In this document: one piece after another, positions 44,492-58,182 of the stretch
Position numbering within the stretch: the first letter of the stretch is position 1
How the letters are laid out: every line of letters begins with the position of its first letter
NCBI GenBank assembly: GCA_964016885.1
Contig: OZ024740.1
Coordinates: 5,022,001-5,086,000, forward strand
Direction of reading: 5' to 3'
DNA length: 64,000 nt
Source: Eledone cirrhosa
Taxonomy: Eukaryota
Notes under the pieces: model-generated
Databases searched by the model: none
The model's input: the letters and a program-made list of their open reading frames with translations, nothing else
Told to the model about the DNA's origin: nothing
Program-made: the position numbers and the translations under genes

Positions 44492-44656
44492 TTATTAAAA
44501 TAACAGATTACAGTTTAAGCAAAGGATCGGTGCTTTCACCCTTAACGGGATCTTCTGAAACTAAAAAAATCAATCTGTGGACGCAGAAGTGAATATTTCG
44601 AAAAACGTTGCAACCGAAGGAAGATGGGAAGACGATACTTTGGTTCGTGGAAACGT
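44492..44656 (-). mobile_element. Solo 3' terminus of the 18241-20875 PLE family
   Basis: Reverse complement homologous to ~20710-20873. Confidence 0.75.
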
Positions 44657-44662
44657 GCCCTA

Positions 44663-46110
44663 CGGTGTGTTTATATTCGTTTATTTATTTGTTTTTTTAC
44701 ATGTTACTGGTTGGTTGTTTGTTCTATGTGCGCGTCTGTTTTCATTTTGTCCTTAATTGTAAGTTGTGATGTGGCTGTTCCACTCATGTGTTCTATTCAA
44801 TTTTGGTTGGAGTTCATTTATGTTTATTGCCTCTGTAATTTGTCTAAACATTGCGTCTTTTCTGTGTGTAGATTCTATTTTTATTTCTATGTTCTCTAAT
44901 TTACCCTTATGTTCTATTTTAGCATGTTGGTGGAGTACAGATGATTCTTTACTATCTTGAAGGTCTCGCCAGTATATAGAGTATATAGAGGAGCCAGAAC
45001 CAAATGGGAAAAAATGGTAAATAATGACACAAATGGGACCCGCCCCTTGTATAAGAGCAAATTTTGGAATAGAATAGAAAGAACTAGGAATAAGGCTAAT
45101 AGAATAAACTCATGGTATGATAGCAATAAATACCAGAGTGTAATGTTCATCGATACAACCCCTAGAGGTGAATTAGCTTACAAATTTAGAAGGGCCCTAG
45201 ATAAACATAAACTCAATATTAAGATAGTAGAAAGACCAGGTACCTCCATAAAAACACTTATTAGCAATACATACCCTTTTCAAAGACCTCCCTGTATACT
45301 TAAGAAATGTATCATCTGTAAATTAAGCCCCCATATTAACTGTAAAACTAGAAATGTAGTATATAGCATAAGATGTACTGAAGGACAATGTAGAGATAAA
45401 AATATAGTGTGCATAGGTGAGACAGCTCGTAGTATAGGGGAACGGATAAATGAACACTGGCGAGAGCTTCAAGATAGTAAAGAATCATCTGTACTCTACC
45501 AACATGCTAAAATAGAACACAAGGGTAAATTAGAGAACATAGAAATAAAAATAGAATCTACACACAGAAAAGACGCAATGTTTAGACAAATCACAGAGGC
45601 AATAAACATAAATGAACTCCAACCAAAATTGAATAGAACACATGAGTGGAACAGTAACATCACAACTTACAATTAAGGACAAAATGAAAACACACACGCA
45701 CATAGAACAAACAACCAACCAGTAAATAAACAAATAAATAAACGAATATAAACACACACAGACCCGGATGTAACACATGCGCAAACTAAGTACACAACAC
45801 ACACACTAAAACAAGATGGCGTAGGACAGAACAAAGGAGAGGCACAAAACAAAGAAAAGAATCCCCAGTCACTGAAGAGGTCACAGAATGTGTGACGAAA
45901 GAACTTTGACAATATATAAACAATCATCTGGTTGTGGAACCAACCAACCAACCGGAAATTTATTATAATAAATTTATTATAATAAATTGAAGTGAAAGCA
46001 ACTGGTGCGTGTGTTTCTTATTGGCAACCTGACCCTCCCAAAGTATAACAATATCGGTTTCAACACGCGTTTTGAGATAAAGAATCTTGCTAAACAAATT
46101 CAGAAACGAA
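44663..46110 (+). mobile_element. Second Naiad-like PLE copy with a ~310-bp 5' inversion
   Basis: 44974-45676 encodes thumb end + GIY-YIG, close to 14824-15522; 44663-44973 is an inverted copy of ~45455-45760; same 3' end CAGAAACGAA-(TA)n. Confidence 0.85.
45868..45910 (+). ncRNA. Minimal hammerhead ribozyme
   Basis: GTCA-CTGAAGA-G-GTCACA(GAATG)TGTGAC-GAAA-GAAC-TT-TGAC. Confidence 0.7.
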
Positions 46111-46389
46111 ATATATATATATATATATATATATATTTTGGAGGTACGAAATGTCAGCATGATAATCAAGAAACTAAGAAGTCTTTACATCTTTACATGT
46201 TCTGCACTAAATTACCGACACTTCCTTCTCATGTCATCAATACAGACAACCATCGATTGATTTATTGAAAACCTATAACCAATAATGGAAGAGTTCATTA
46301 ACTGGAATATAGAATTAATACAATATAGAAGATAAGTATTTGTAAGATGTTACAACTAATGACAACAAAGGGATTCCAGTGTATTGTTT

Positions 46390-46404
46390 TAGAGAGAGAG
46401 TGTG

Positions 46405-46496
<92 letters not shown>

Positions 46497-46653
46497 AGAG
46501 AGGTGTGAGTGAGAGAGAGTGTGCGTGTGAAAGAGAGAGAGTGAGAGAGAGTGAGAGAGAGTGAGAGAGAGTGAGAGAGAGTGAGAGAGAGTGAGAGAGA
46601 GAAAGTGAGTGAAAGAGAGAGAGAGAGTGAAAAAGATAGACAGAGAGTGAGTT

Positions 46654-46707
<54 letters not shown>

Positions 46708-46760
46708 AGAGATAGAGAGTGAGTGAGTGAAAGAGAGCGAGAGAAAGAGAGAGTGAGAGA
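46390..46760. repeat. (GA)n / GAGT microsatellite
   Basis: Direct reading. Confidence 0.95.
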
Positions 46761-46807
46761 TTATATTATCTTGTGTTCTCTATTATTCCATTTATACATA
46801 CATATAT

Positions 46808-49800
46808 ATCATCATCATCATCATCATCATCATTTTACGTCCGCTTTTCCCTGCTTGCAAGGGTGGGATGGGTCCTATTCAGCTCAGCATTTCTCCACTT
46901 GTCACGGTCCTTCATCTCCTCCGTGAGTTTCAGTGATCTGAGGTCTGCTCTCACCACCTCCGGCCATGTTTTTCATGGTCTACCTCTACTGCGTCTTACT
47001 TCTACTGGGATTTCTTGGCACTTCTTTACCCATCGGTCATCCTCCATGCGCATCACATGTCCATACCATCGCACTCTCCCCTCTCGCACACAATAATTTA
47101 TCCCTCTCAGACACAGTTTCTCTCTCAACACATCCATGCTCAGTCGTTCACGCACATTGACATTGCACATCCAACGGAGCATGTTTGCCTCATTAATCTC
47201 CAGCCGTCGCATATCCTCTGCAGTTGCTGCCCAAGTCTCACTACCATGCAGCATCACGCATCTCACACAGGCATCATATAACTCTCCTTTTGTACGCAGG
47301 GCGAAACCCTTCTTTGTTAACAGAGGAAGCAGCTCCCTAAAATTCTCCAAACCCGTCCTTATTCTAGATACTATGACCACGGAAGACCCCCCCCCCCCCT
47401 TGCCCATGCTAACTGATCACCTAGGTACCGGAAGTTATCCACCACTTCTATAGAACCCACCTGCATTGGAAAAATGTGTATATCACTGCAATTACTACTG
47501 CCAACTTTCCCTGTACATCTACTGCATAGGTAGTTTTCCCTACCTGTTAGTTTGCCTGTATGCCACTATATCTCTTGTGTACCCAAGAGCTACATTGCGT
47601 ACATTTTATGGAATTTATGCCAGTTCCTTTTCTGCATATCGAACATGGCCATTTCCCTGACGGAATCAGGGTTTTGTCCTCTCTTCTATTCATCAACACT
47701 TTAGTCTTAGCTAGGTTCACTCTCAGGCCTTTTGATTCCAACTGCTGTTTCCATAGCCATAATTTATTCTCTAGCTCCTCTACTGATTCTGCTATAAGAA
47801 CCAGATCATCAGCCAAGAGAAGTTCCCATGGGCAGCCAGTCATAAACTCCTCTGGTATGGCTTGGAGGACTATAATGAACAAGAGCGGGCTGAGGACCGA
47901 ACCCTGATGTACACCTACTTGTATCTGGAATTCTTCACTAAACTCCATTCCTATTCTCACTTTACTGACAGCACCCCTGTACATAGCTTGCACTGTCCTC
48001 ACAAGCCATTCCTCTACCCCTAGTTTCGTTAGAGACCACCAGATGACAGATCGGGGTACCCTATCAAATGCCTTCTCTAGGTCAACAAAAGCTAAGTTTA
48101 GTGGCTTATTTTTCTCTAAGAACGTCTCTTGTAGCTGCCTCACTAAGAAGAGTGCATCTGTTGTACTTTTCTGAGGCACAAACCAAACTGCATCTCATCT
48201 AATTTGCCGCTTTCTCTAATCAGTTGGGCTAATATTCTCTTTGCCACTTTCATAACCTGATCCATCAGCTTTATGCCCATATAGTTGCTCCTCTCCAGAG
48301 CATCCCCTTTATCTTTGTAGCAATTTATGAGAATACTGCTGCACCAGTCTTTTGGTATGATACCACGATATATAGCTTGATTAATGATGCATGCAACCAG
48401 TTTAGTGCCTACATCCCCTGATGCCTTCAACATCTCAGCAACTATCCCCGACGGTCCAGCAGCCTTACCATTCTTCATTTCCTTAATTGCCTCTTGTACC
48501 CTATATTCGTCAATCTCAATAGCTGGTCCCTCTGTCAGGTCTACTGGGGTAATTTCTCTCTGTCCCATTCGTTCTCCACATTCATCAGTCTCTCATAATG
48601 ACATTTCCAGGCCTCCTTTTTTTTATCATTCTTGACACTAAGTACACCGGCATCATCCCGGACACATTTATCTCCAACAACATCCTGATTTGCATTGACA
48701 CACTGCCTTGCAATGTGGAACACCGCACACCTCTGATCTTCCTGTCACAGAACATTGGCAAACCTCCTATTCTCAGCCTCCCTGCATGCTAAGTAGACCT
48801 GACGTCTAGCTTCTCTCTTAGCGGCAGTGTATCCTTCTCTACTCCCACACTTTTTCCAAGCCTTCCATGCCAGTCTTTTGTCTCTAATGGCCTTATCTAG
48901 CGTGCTGTTCCACCACCAGGTCACACTCTGCCTGGTGGAAGCTCTGCCCCAACCACACGTTTCTTCAGTAGCCTGCAGTAAGTTGTCACACAAGAAATTC
49001 CAGTTATCCTCTATGTCATACAACTCTAAATCGTCTTCTTTTTCGTCATACCCATCTTGAAGGGCTTTGTTCAATTTATATTTTAATGAAAGGTCTTTTA
49101 GCTTCCAGACCTTTCTTTTCCACACCTTCCTGTATGTCTCATTCCATCTCTTGCTTACTGAGATGTCACTAACGACTAACCTATGCTGTGGGGTACATTC
49201 TTCCCTGGGGTATGCCTTGGTATTTGACACCATCTGTCTGTCTCGCTGTCTAACTAGCAGGAAGTCAATGTGGCTTATGTGCTCGCCTGATTTGTAGGTT
49301 ATTAGGTGGTTGGTAGGCTTCTAGAAGTTAGTGTTGCAAATGGTTAGTGCATTTGCATCACAAAATTCAAGAAGCCTCACTCCTTCTTCATTTCTTGAAC
49401 CGTAACCGTGCCCACCACGTACCCCAATGTATCCATCCTGGAGCTGTCCAACATGTCCATTGAAGTCCCCCACTAACATAACGATGTCTCTGTCCCCTGT
49501 CATTGAGGCTGTTTGCTCGTAAAAGCCGTCCTTCTCTTCTTTACCTAGGCCTGCCTGGGAGCATAGGCAGAGATGATTGTCAGTAGTCTCTTGTCTACAA
49601 CTAATCTAAGCTTAATTATTCTATTACTAACTCTAACTACCTCTATTCTCTTATTCTTCCACCTCTCAGCCAGTAATATGCCCACCCCACCTAATCCATC
49701 ATCATTACCCACCCAGAAAACTTATAACTACAATGTTTGCCTGCGATTAGTCTTGCAGAGGCACCTCTCCATCTCACCTCTTGCACGCAGCACACATCCA

Positions 49801-50400
49801 CATGCTTTCTCTCAAGCATCTCCGCTATCTCACCAGATCTACCTGTTAGAGTGCCAACATTAAGTGTTACAACTCTGAGATGCGACATCCCGTTCTTTTT
49901 CCTGTTGTCCGATTGCTTGATGACGATCGTGGGGTTCTCACACATGGTCTCACTAGCCACCCCACTACCGTGCGCAGCCCTGACATGGTTAGTGTTATTG
50001 CTGTTTACGCAGTTGTTGCAATTCTTATTTGTTGTGCTCATAATTTTGGCATTTATTATACTGGTTGGATGCCCTTCCTAACACCAGCACCACTTTACAG
50101 CATGGATTGGATGCTTTTATTCGTGCCACCAGCACTAGAGAGGTTGTCTTACTGGACTCAGGGGGCCTATCCACCCCTCCATTTTACAGCATGGACTGGG
50201 TGTTTTTATTCGTGCCACCAGCACTAGGGAAGTGGTCTTACTGGACTTAGCGGACTTCTCTACCCCGCACAAATTTATTCAGAGTGGTAGCTCTTCTAGA
50301 CGAGTTGCTTACATTGCGGCTTACAGAGCCTCCGTCCGCTCCTTGTCTGTTCTATGATATATTCACGAGGGAGTGGTTAGCGTCGGGCATGTATACCGAA
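46808..50400 (-). mobile_element. Near full-length, frameshifted RTE-clade LINE (APE endonuclease + RT + PHD finger)
   Basis: ATG at 50041; TLNVGTL, CVQEVRW, GDFNGHVG (APE); DLEKAFDRVP, GVHQGSVLSP, ADDL (RT); RWYGHVMRM; (TGA)n tail; 5' UTR has a ~93-bp duplication; 5' boundary approximate. Confidence 0.9.
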
Positions 50401-50606
50401 TGTGTGGGGGTGGGGCAGATGGATGGTAAGTGAGAACCATAATGGCTGATACATAGAATTATAACAGTTTCCAAGTCACATACACACAAATATATAAATA
50501 AACAAATACAGCCATCTTTACGAAAATTGAGAGCTTTCACTTTCGTTCAAGCCGTTACATATACTATTTGACATAATTTGGGGGATATGAAGAAAACAAA
50601 ACCTAT

Positions 50607-50760
50607 CTGTGGATTTTCAGTACTGGTAGAGCATTCACCTACATGCTTTGGACATGTAGTTACGACTCTTCACATTCTGAGTTCAAATCCTGCCAAGATT
50701 AGCTTTGCCTTTCATCCTTACAATGTCAATAAAATATAGTACCAGTAATACATTGGGTCA
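50607..50760 (+). mobile_element. SINE family A, diverged
   Basis: CTGAGTTCAAATCC...TTTGCCTTTCATCCTTAC...AGTACCAGTAA. Confidence 0.7.
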
Positions 50761-51115
50761 ATTAACATCTGTCAAATGATGTTGTTGATGATGATAGATA
50801 CTGTATGAAGGAACCAAGATGAAACTTTAACATTCTACCCACCAATATTGAGTACTTCAGTTAATACTTGAATGTTTTCAATACTACAGTATTTTATACT
50901 TCCATTACAGCATGTAATGGAAGCATTTTTCATGGGTAGTGCTGGTGACACACAGAATGTGCCTAGTCCACACTGGTGGTAGGGAGGGTAGCCAGAAATA
51001 GAAGACATGTCCACAAATATGGATGTATGAGACAATAATTCTCATCTTATCTGTTTAGACAAAACATTTCAACATATCTAATCTATGGAGGCATGGAAAT
51101 AGATGTTGATACATG

Positions 51116-51222
<107 letters not shown>

Positions 51223-51339
51223 TTCATCTGAATCATTGAGCGCTTGCAACACATCTCGGAAGTTGTTTTTCGTTAATTCCTAAGCCGAAATACGATTCTC
51301 GCTAATTTATATTTATATATATATATATATTATATATAT

Positions 51340-51384
<45 letters not shown>

Positions 51385-51494
51385 ATATATGTATATATAT
51401 ATTTTATATATATTAAATATATATATATATATATACATATATATACACATATATACACACATCTCTCTCTCTACCCCTATATATATATATATAT

Positions 51495-53170
51495 AGGGAA
51501 ATGAAAAATGGTAAGGCTGCCGGTCCATTGGGAATAGTTGCTGTAGTTGCTGAGATGCCGAAGGCATCAGGGGACGTAGGCACTAAACTGGTTGCACGCA
51601 TCATCAATCAGACTATATATGGTGGTGCCATACCCAAAGACTGGTGCAGCAGTATTCTCATAAATTGCTACAAAGGTAAAGGGGATGCTTTGGAGAGGAG
51701 CAATTATAGGGGTATGAAACTGATAGATCAGGTTATGAAAGTGGCAGAAAGGATATTAGTACAACTAATTAGAGAAAGGGTCAAACTAGATGAGATGCAG
51801 TTTGGTTTTGTGCCTAGGAAGAGTACAACAGATGCCCTCTTTTAGGTGAGACAATTGCAAGAGAGGTTCTTAGAGAAGAATAAGCCACTATACTTAGCCT
51901 TTGTTGACCTAGAGAAGGCCTTTGATAGGGTACCCTGATCTGTCATCTGGTGGTCCCTAAGAAAGCTAGGTGTTGAGGAATGGCTTGTGAGGACAGTGCA
52001 AACTTTGTACAGAGGTACTCTCAGTAAAGTCAGGGTAGGAATGGAGTTTAGTGAGGAATTCCAGATACAAGTAGGAGTACATCAGGGTTCGGTCCTCAGC
52101 TCGCTCTTGTTCATTATAGTCCTCCAAGCCATAACAGAGGAGTTTAAGACTGGCTGTCCATGGGAACTTCTCTATGCTGACGATCTGGTTCTTATAGCAG
52201 AATCAGTAGAGGAGCTGGAGAATAAATTCTGGCTATGGAAACAGCAGTTGGAAGCAAGAGGACTGAGAGTAAATCTAGCTAAGACAAAAGTGTTGATGAG
52301 TAGAAAAGAGGACAAAACCCTGATTCCGTCAGGGAAATGGCCATGTTCGATATGCAGAAAAGGAACTGGCATAAATTCTATAAAATGCACACAATGCAGA
52401 TCCTGGGTTCACAAGAGATGTAGCGGGATAGCAGGCAAACTAACAGGTAGGGAGAAATATGTATGCAGTAGATGTACAGGGAAATTAGACAGTAGAAGTC
52501 GCATTGATAGACACAATTTTCAAATGCAGGAGGACGCTATAGAAGTGGTGGATAGCTTCCGGTACCTAGGAGATCAGATTAGCATGGGAGGAGGGTGTTC
52601 CGAGGCCATAGTATCTAGAATAAGGACGGGTTGGAAGAAGTTTAGGGAGCTGCTTCCTCTGTTGACGAAGAAGGGTTTCTCCCTGTGTACGAAAGACCGG
52701 TTGTATGATGCCTGTGTGAGGAGCGCGATGCTGCATGGTAGTGAGAGATGGGCAGCAACTGCAGAGGATATGTGACGGCTGGAGAGAAATGAGGCAAGCA
52801 TGCTCCGTTGGATGTGCAGTGTAAATGTGCGTCAATGACCCAGCATAAATGTGTTGAGAGAGAAACTGTGTCTGAGAGGGATAGAATGTAGTGTACGGGA
52901 GAGGAGACTGCGGTGGTATGGACATCTGATGCGCATGGAGGCTGACCGATGGGTGAAGAAGTGCCAGGAAATGCCAGTTGAAGGAACACGTGGTAGAGGT
53001 AGACCACGAAAAACATGGGCGGAGGTGGTGAGAACAGACCTCAGATCATTGAAGCTCACAGTGGAGATGATGAGGGACCGCGACAAGTGGAGAGATGCTG
53101 TGCTGAATAAGACCTGTCCCACCCTTGCAAGCAGGGAAAAGCGGACGTAAAATGATGATGATGATGATGA
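51495..53170 (+). mobile_element. RTE LINE, 5'-truncated, same family as 46808-50400
   Basis: MKNGKAAGP, NYRGMKL, YADDLVL, PHD, GRPRKTW; several stops; tail GCGGACGTAAAATGATGATG. Confidence 0.9.
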
Positions 53171-53297
53171 TATATAGGGAGAGAGAGAGATGTGTGTATA
53201 TATGTGTTGGCAAATCACTGATGGGGGACTGATTTTATAATATGTAACCCATGTGCAACCCCGCAGTGTTCCTCTTTCTTCCCATGTTTTTCATATG

Positions 53298-53328
<31 letters not shown>

Positions 53329-53732
53329 CTCCTTTCTGTGTTGGCTCCTCTTCCTCCCCCCTCTACTCTCTCACCATGCCACTTCCTCTCCCAGTTCTAC
53401 TCACCACTCTGCTATTATAATCAAAAGTGAACAGTGACAGTTATCGGAAATCAGAAATAATATAGATGTGTCATAGAGATATACACACACACACACACAT
53501 ATACACACATACATATATATATATGTGTGTGTACACACATATATATACATACATTATATACATATATACACACACACACATACACACATTTATGTATATA
53601 TATATATGTATATATACACATATATATATATGCACACACACATATACTGGGTGTCCCCCAAAAATTATTTAAATGCTGTTGAAGTATGTATACATTTTTC
53701 TGGGACACTGTATATATATATACATCATATAT

Positions 53733-54430
53733 ATCATCATCACAGTTTAACATCCACTTTTCCATGTTGGCATACCTTACAGTGCAGGCTGGCTACTTGT
53801 CACCAACATGACCACTTTGTGGACTGTAGACTTCACTGGATGTATACTTCAGCCTGTCCTCATGGGAGATGTGTGGGTGGGGTGGTGTATACTATATATA
53901 TGCTTCAGCTTTGGCCTGTCCCTGTGGGAAAGCAGGTCTTCTGTATTACTGTGTAACGCCAGAGATCTAAGTCCTGTGTCATTGTCTTTGAGAGGTGTAA
54001 TTGGGCAAGGTAAGCTTTTATCACCTCATCCCAAGTCTTCTTGGGTCTCCCCACTCCGCGGCTTCCATTGACTTTCATAACTCTGTCCCTTTTTAAACAG
54101 CTGTCATCCTTCATATGCATCACATGTCCATACCAGCGCAACCGCCTCTCCTGCACACAGCATTTGATTCCTCTTGTGCTCAGTCTCTCTCTCAATTCAT
54201 TTATCCTTTGCCATTCACATATATCACTATTACACATCCAGCGGAGCATGCAAGCTTCATTTCTTTCTAAGCTATGCAAGTCTTCTGCACGCAGCGCCCA
54301 GGTCTCACTACCATGCAACATTGCTGTTTGTATGCACATATCATACAGTCTGCCTTTCATTTTGAGGAAAAGACCTTTTATAGCCAGCTGTGGCAGTAGC
54401 TCCCTGAACTTCTTCCATCCCATTCTTAAC
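53733..54430 (-). mobile_element. RTE LINE 3' fragment
   Basis: GWKKFRELLP...MLHGSETW...RLRWYGHVM...GRPKKTW. Confidence 0.8.
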
Positions 54431-55188
54431 TGAATCCCATTCTCTCGTCAGATCAATAACTGGTCTCACACATTTGATAATTACATTCTGTCAGTTTGAT
54501 AACTGATCTCCTACATTTCATGTCTTAATAATCTCCAGTCCAGTAATGAGACTAAAGATTATGGAATATTAGAAATAGTTAAAAGATTATTAACTCTTTT
54601 ACCACGATATTGGTCAGTCCTTGGTTATATACTGATAAGTATCTCTGTCTATCACTTGAGAGATCACGAGAAAATGTAATATATGAGCAAGACATAGTCA
54701 TCTGATCTGTCATAGTATCAAAACACAACAACTTGTCCAACCCATGCCAGCATGAAAACTGATGTAACATGGTGATGTAACATATTTGTTTTGAAAGACT
54801 TATTTCTCAGTGACTTCTCAATCAGCCGACACAAACCTACATTTGGCGCAAAATCAATTTTTAACATTCACATGACCTCTACCAACCAATCAAAATTGTT
54901 TTGACCACAAGAATTTTTGCAACACGAATTGGCGCAAAACTTATTTTAATACCGCTGGAGCCACTTTTTTAACATAAAAACAGGTAGAATTCCCCAAACT
55001 AATCAGATCAGAGCAAACATCACGGACGCTCTATCTCAAAATTATTTTTGAAAAGCATTAGAAATGCGCAACCGGTAAAACTTAAAACCAAAACTGAATA
55101 CTAACCAATACTATTACTAATTCTCACTTATTCCTAATTAAACTATTTTTCACTGTGAACAATTTGTCAGCATTTTCTTTTCCGTTTA

Positions 55189-55237
<49 letters not shown>

Positions 55238-55313
55238 CGAAGGAAATGTGGTAAGGAACCAGGTGGACCATAACGCACCAAAGTACTCAATACTTGAGGT
55301 AGTAGAGTGGGTA

Positions 55314-55422
55314 ATAGGAACCAGTAAGACCCCGACAGCTGAGCTCAAGCCGTTTCGACGGCTAATTCTGGAGAATTAGCCGTCGAAACGGCTTGAGCTC
55401 AGCTGTCGGGGTCTTACTGGTT

Positions 55423-55427
<5 letters not shown>
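55314..55427. repeat. 114-bp hairpin palindrome (2-nt loop)
   Basis: ATAGGAACC...GCTAATTCT-GG-AGAATTAGC...GGTTCCTAT; same family at 43523-43685. Confidence 0.9.
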
Positions 55428-55510
<83 letters not shown>

Positions 55511-55511
<1 letters not shown>

Positions 55512-55915
55512 GTAGGAGGTGAGTTTTATTGTAGTACAATAAAGCAATGCAGATATCGGATAAGAAGCACTCTACAATTTGTAGGACATAATATAAGATC
55601 AAAAGATGGTTAAAGGAGTTCCATGTATTTTATTATGCGCATTTCAAAAACAAACATCATCATGCAATAATATTTGTGTTTTCATCAGATAAAACAGGAG
55701 AACATGATATGAAGGCTAAAAAACACTTGTGGATAGTGCAGTTTTAAATCAACATATGTTGATTTAAAACTGCACTATCCACAAGTGTTTTTTAGCCTTC
55801 ATATCATGTTCTCCTGTTTTATCTGATGAAAACACAAATATTATTGCATGATGATGTTTGTTTTTGAAATGCGCATAATAAAATACATGGAACTCCTTTA
55901 ACCATCTTTTCATCT

Positions 55916-55917
<2 letters not shown>
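55511..55917. mobile_element. Solo foldback of the 27718-family pLTR; spacerless palindrome 55601-55910 with an HHR on each strand (55628-55694 -, 55817-55883 +)
   Basis: Centre AATCAACATATGTTGATT; arms homologous to 31305-31465. Confidence 0.85.
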
Positions 55918-55959
<42 letters not shown>

Positions 55960-56066
55960 CAATTTCAGGTTATCAATAATGTAGTGATAATATATCGTCA
56001 CGTTAGAGATGAACAGCGTACGTGTAGGTTTGCTCAACGAGTATAAATTATATTCCGGAGAAAATG

Positions 56067-56706
56067 TAGAAAAGATGAATATAAAATTAAAGTGCTTTTT
56101 TAAAAAGGAATTTATTAGGTATTGACATATGTTTCTGTAACAGAGGGAATACCTATGTATCGCTGCTTGCGTAATCATATAATATTAGCAAGCATTCGAT
56201 AGCAAATGTATAATCAGTTGTCACTTCTTCAGAGATATTGGATAAATTGGAAAAAATCAGAAAAATTGAAGTATTTATATTAATTGTAAGAAAGGAAGAG
56301 AGGGGATAGTATATGACAGATGGCAATTCAATTTACTGGTAAACAAGTATATAAAGGGTTTCTAATGAGTATATGGTTTATTTTATCTAATACTGATTGT
56401 ATTCTCATTAGAAACCCTTTATATACTTGTTTACCAGTAAATTGAATTGCCATCTGTCATATACTATCCCCTCTCTTCCTTTCTTACAATTGATATAAAT
56501 ACTTCAATTTTTCTGATTTTTTCCAATATATCCAATATCTCTGAAGAAGTGACAACTGATTATACATTTGCTATCGAATGCTTGCTAACATTATATGATT
56601 ACGCAAGCAGCGATACATAGGTATTCCGTCTGTTGCAGAAACATATGTCAGTACCTAATAAATTCCTTTTTAAAAAAGCACTTTCATTTTATATTCATCT
56701 TTTCTA
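56067..56706. mobile_element. Solo foldback of the 33362-family PLE tail
   Basis: ~300-bp arms with a ~34-nt spacer; left arm homologous to 33362-33670. Confidence 0.85.
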
Positions 56707-56918
56707 TATATATATATATATATTGCCATATACGGCAACACTCATCTTTTTCCATTTCTCCGAGGGTTATAAACCCCACTATCAGGCTAGAAATTTCTTT
56801 AGCCTAAAATATGGTGGAAGCTTATAATTTCTAATTTCTAATTTCAAACTCGCGCACAGTTTCAAAAACATACTTACATGTTTACGTTTATAATTTGCTT
56901 GTATATATATATATATAT

Positions 56919-57250
56919 GGAGGCACATGGTTTAGTGGTTAGAGCATTGGCCTTGCAATCGAAAGGTTGTGAGTTCAATTCTCAGACCGGGCAATGTGTT
57001 GTTTCCTTAAGCAAGGCACTTTATATTTGAACTCAGACCACACTATAATGTGGTCATTTTGGTGCTACAATAAAAAAACATCCAGTCCACAACTGTAAAT
57101 GTTGGCATTAGGAAGGTTATCCAGTTGTAGAAACCAAGCCTAAACAGTTCTGCATGAACAAGACACAGTAATCTTATCTGACTTGTCTCACAATGTGAAA
57201 ACTCATCTAATCCATGCTAGTATGGAAAAATGGACGTTAAACGATGATGA
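56919..57250 (+). mobile_element. tRNA-derived SINE family B
   Basis: GGAGGCACATGGTTTAGTGG (A box), GAGTTCAATTC (B box), RTE-like tail GGACGTTAAACGATGATG. Confidence 0.75.
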
Positions 57251-57561
57251 TATATATATACAATAGGTTTCTGATGTTCCATCAACTAAACTTCACTGAC
57301 AAGGTATTGGTCCACCTGAGGCTATAGTAGAAGTCACATAGTGAGAGTGAACTCCAAACCATATGGTTATGAAGTGATCATTAATCATACAGCCATATGT
57401 AAAGTATATACTTTATATAAATCTATTGTTATCTATTTCATATTTTCTAGACATAAAATATTGTCATTTGAAGATACATTAATTTTGTTTTAAAATAACT
57501 CAATATTAGCTTATATTGTTATTTCTATTGAAGTTTAATATTCATTTCATAAAATACCAAA

Positions 57562-57895
57562 ATAATTGTTTCTACTTTAGGCACAAGGCCAGCAATTACC
57601 AGTGCATTACTGGTACTTTATTTTATCGACCCCGTAAGGATGAAAGGCAAAGTTAACTTCGGCGGGATTTGAACTCAGATCATGGAGGGAAGTAACTCTA
57701 TGCTTCAAAGCATGGCGCGTGACCCTCTACCGATACTGCCAGGCTTCTAACAAAGCCTAAGGCCAGATATTTTGGCAGAGAAGAATGTTGATTATGTCAA
57801 CCCCAGGACTTGACTGGTACTTTATTTTATTGACCTTGGAAGGATAAAAGGCAGAGTTAACCAAGGCAGGATTTGGACTCAGAAAGTAAAGACTT
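57562..57895 (-). mobile_element. Two adjacent SINE family A copies
   Basis: 57562-57741 near full length; 57755-57895 diverged. Confidence 0.8.
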
Positions 57896-58182
57896 GTAAG
57901 AAAGTAATTTAATTACTCTGCCAATCCAATAACAATATATCATATAAGATCTTATGTTGCCACATGTAAATATTTAGTGCACTCTCTACATTTAAGAGTA
58001 TAGCTCTCCCAGGGATTCTAATCACTTTTAAAGTTCTTTTAAAATTAACAATAAAAACAAATTGGGAGGCAATCGAAAGGTTATGAATTGAAAGACTTCG
58101 CCAGGTGGTGCTATTAAGTTAGACATGGCCTAGGCCAATACTGACCAAAACATTTCAAAGTTATTCAAAGTTATATATAAAT

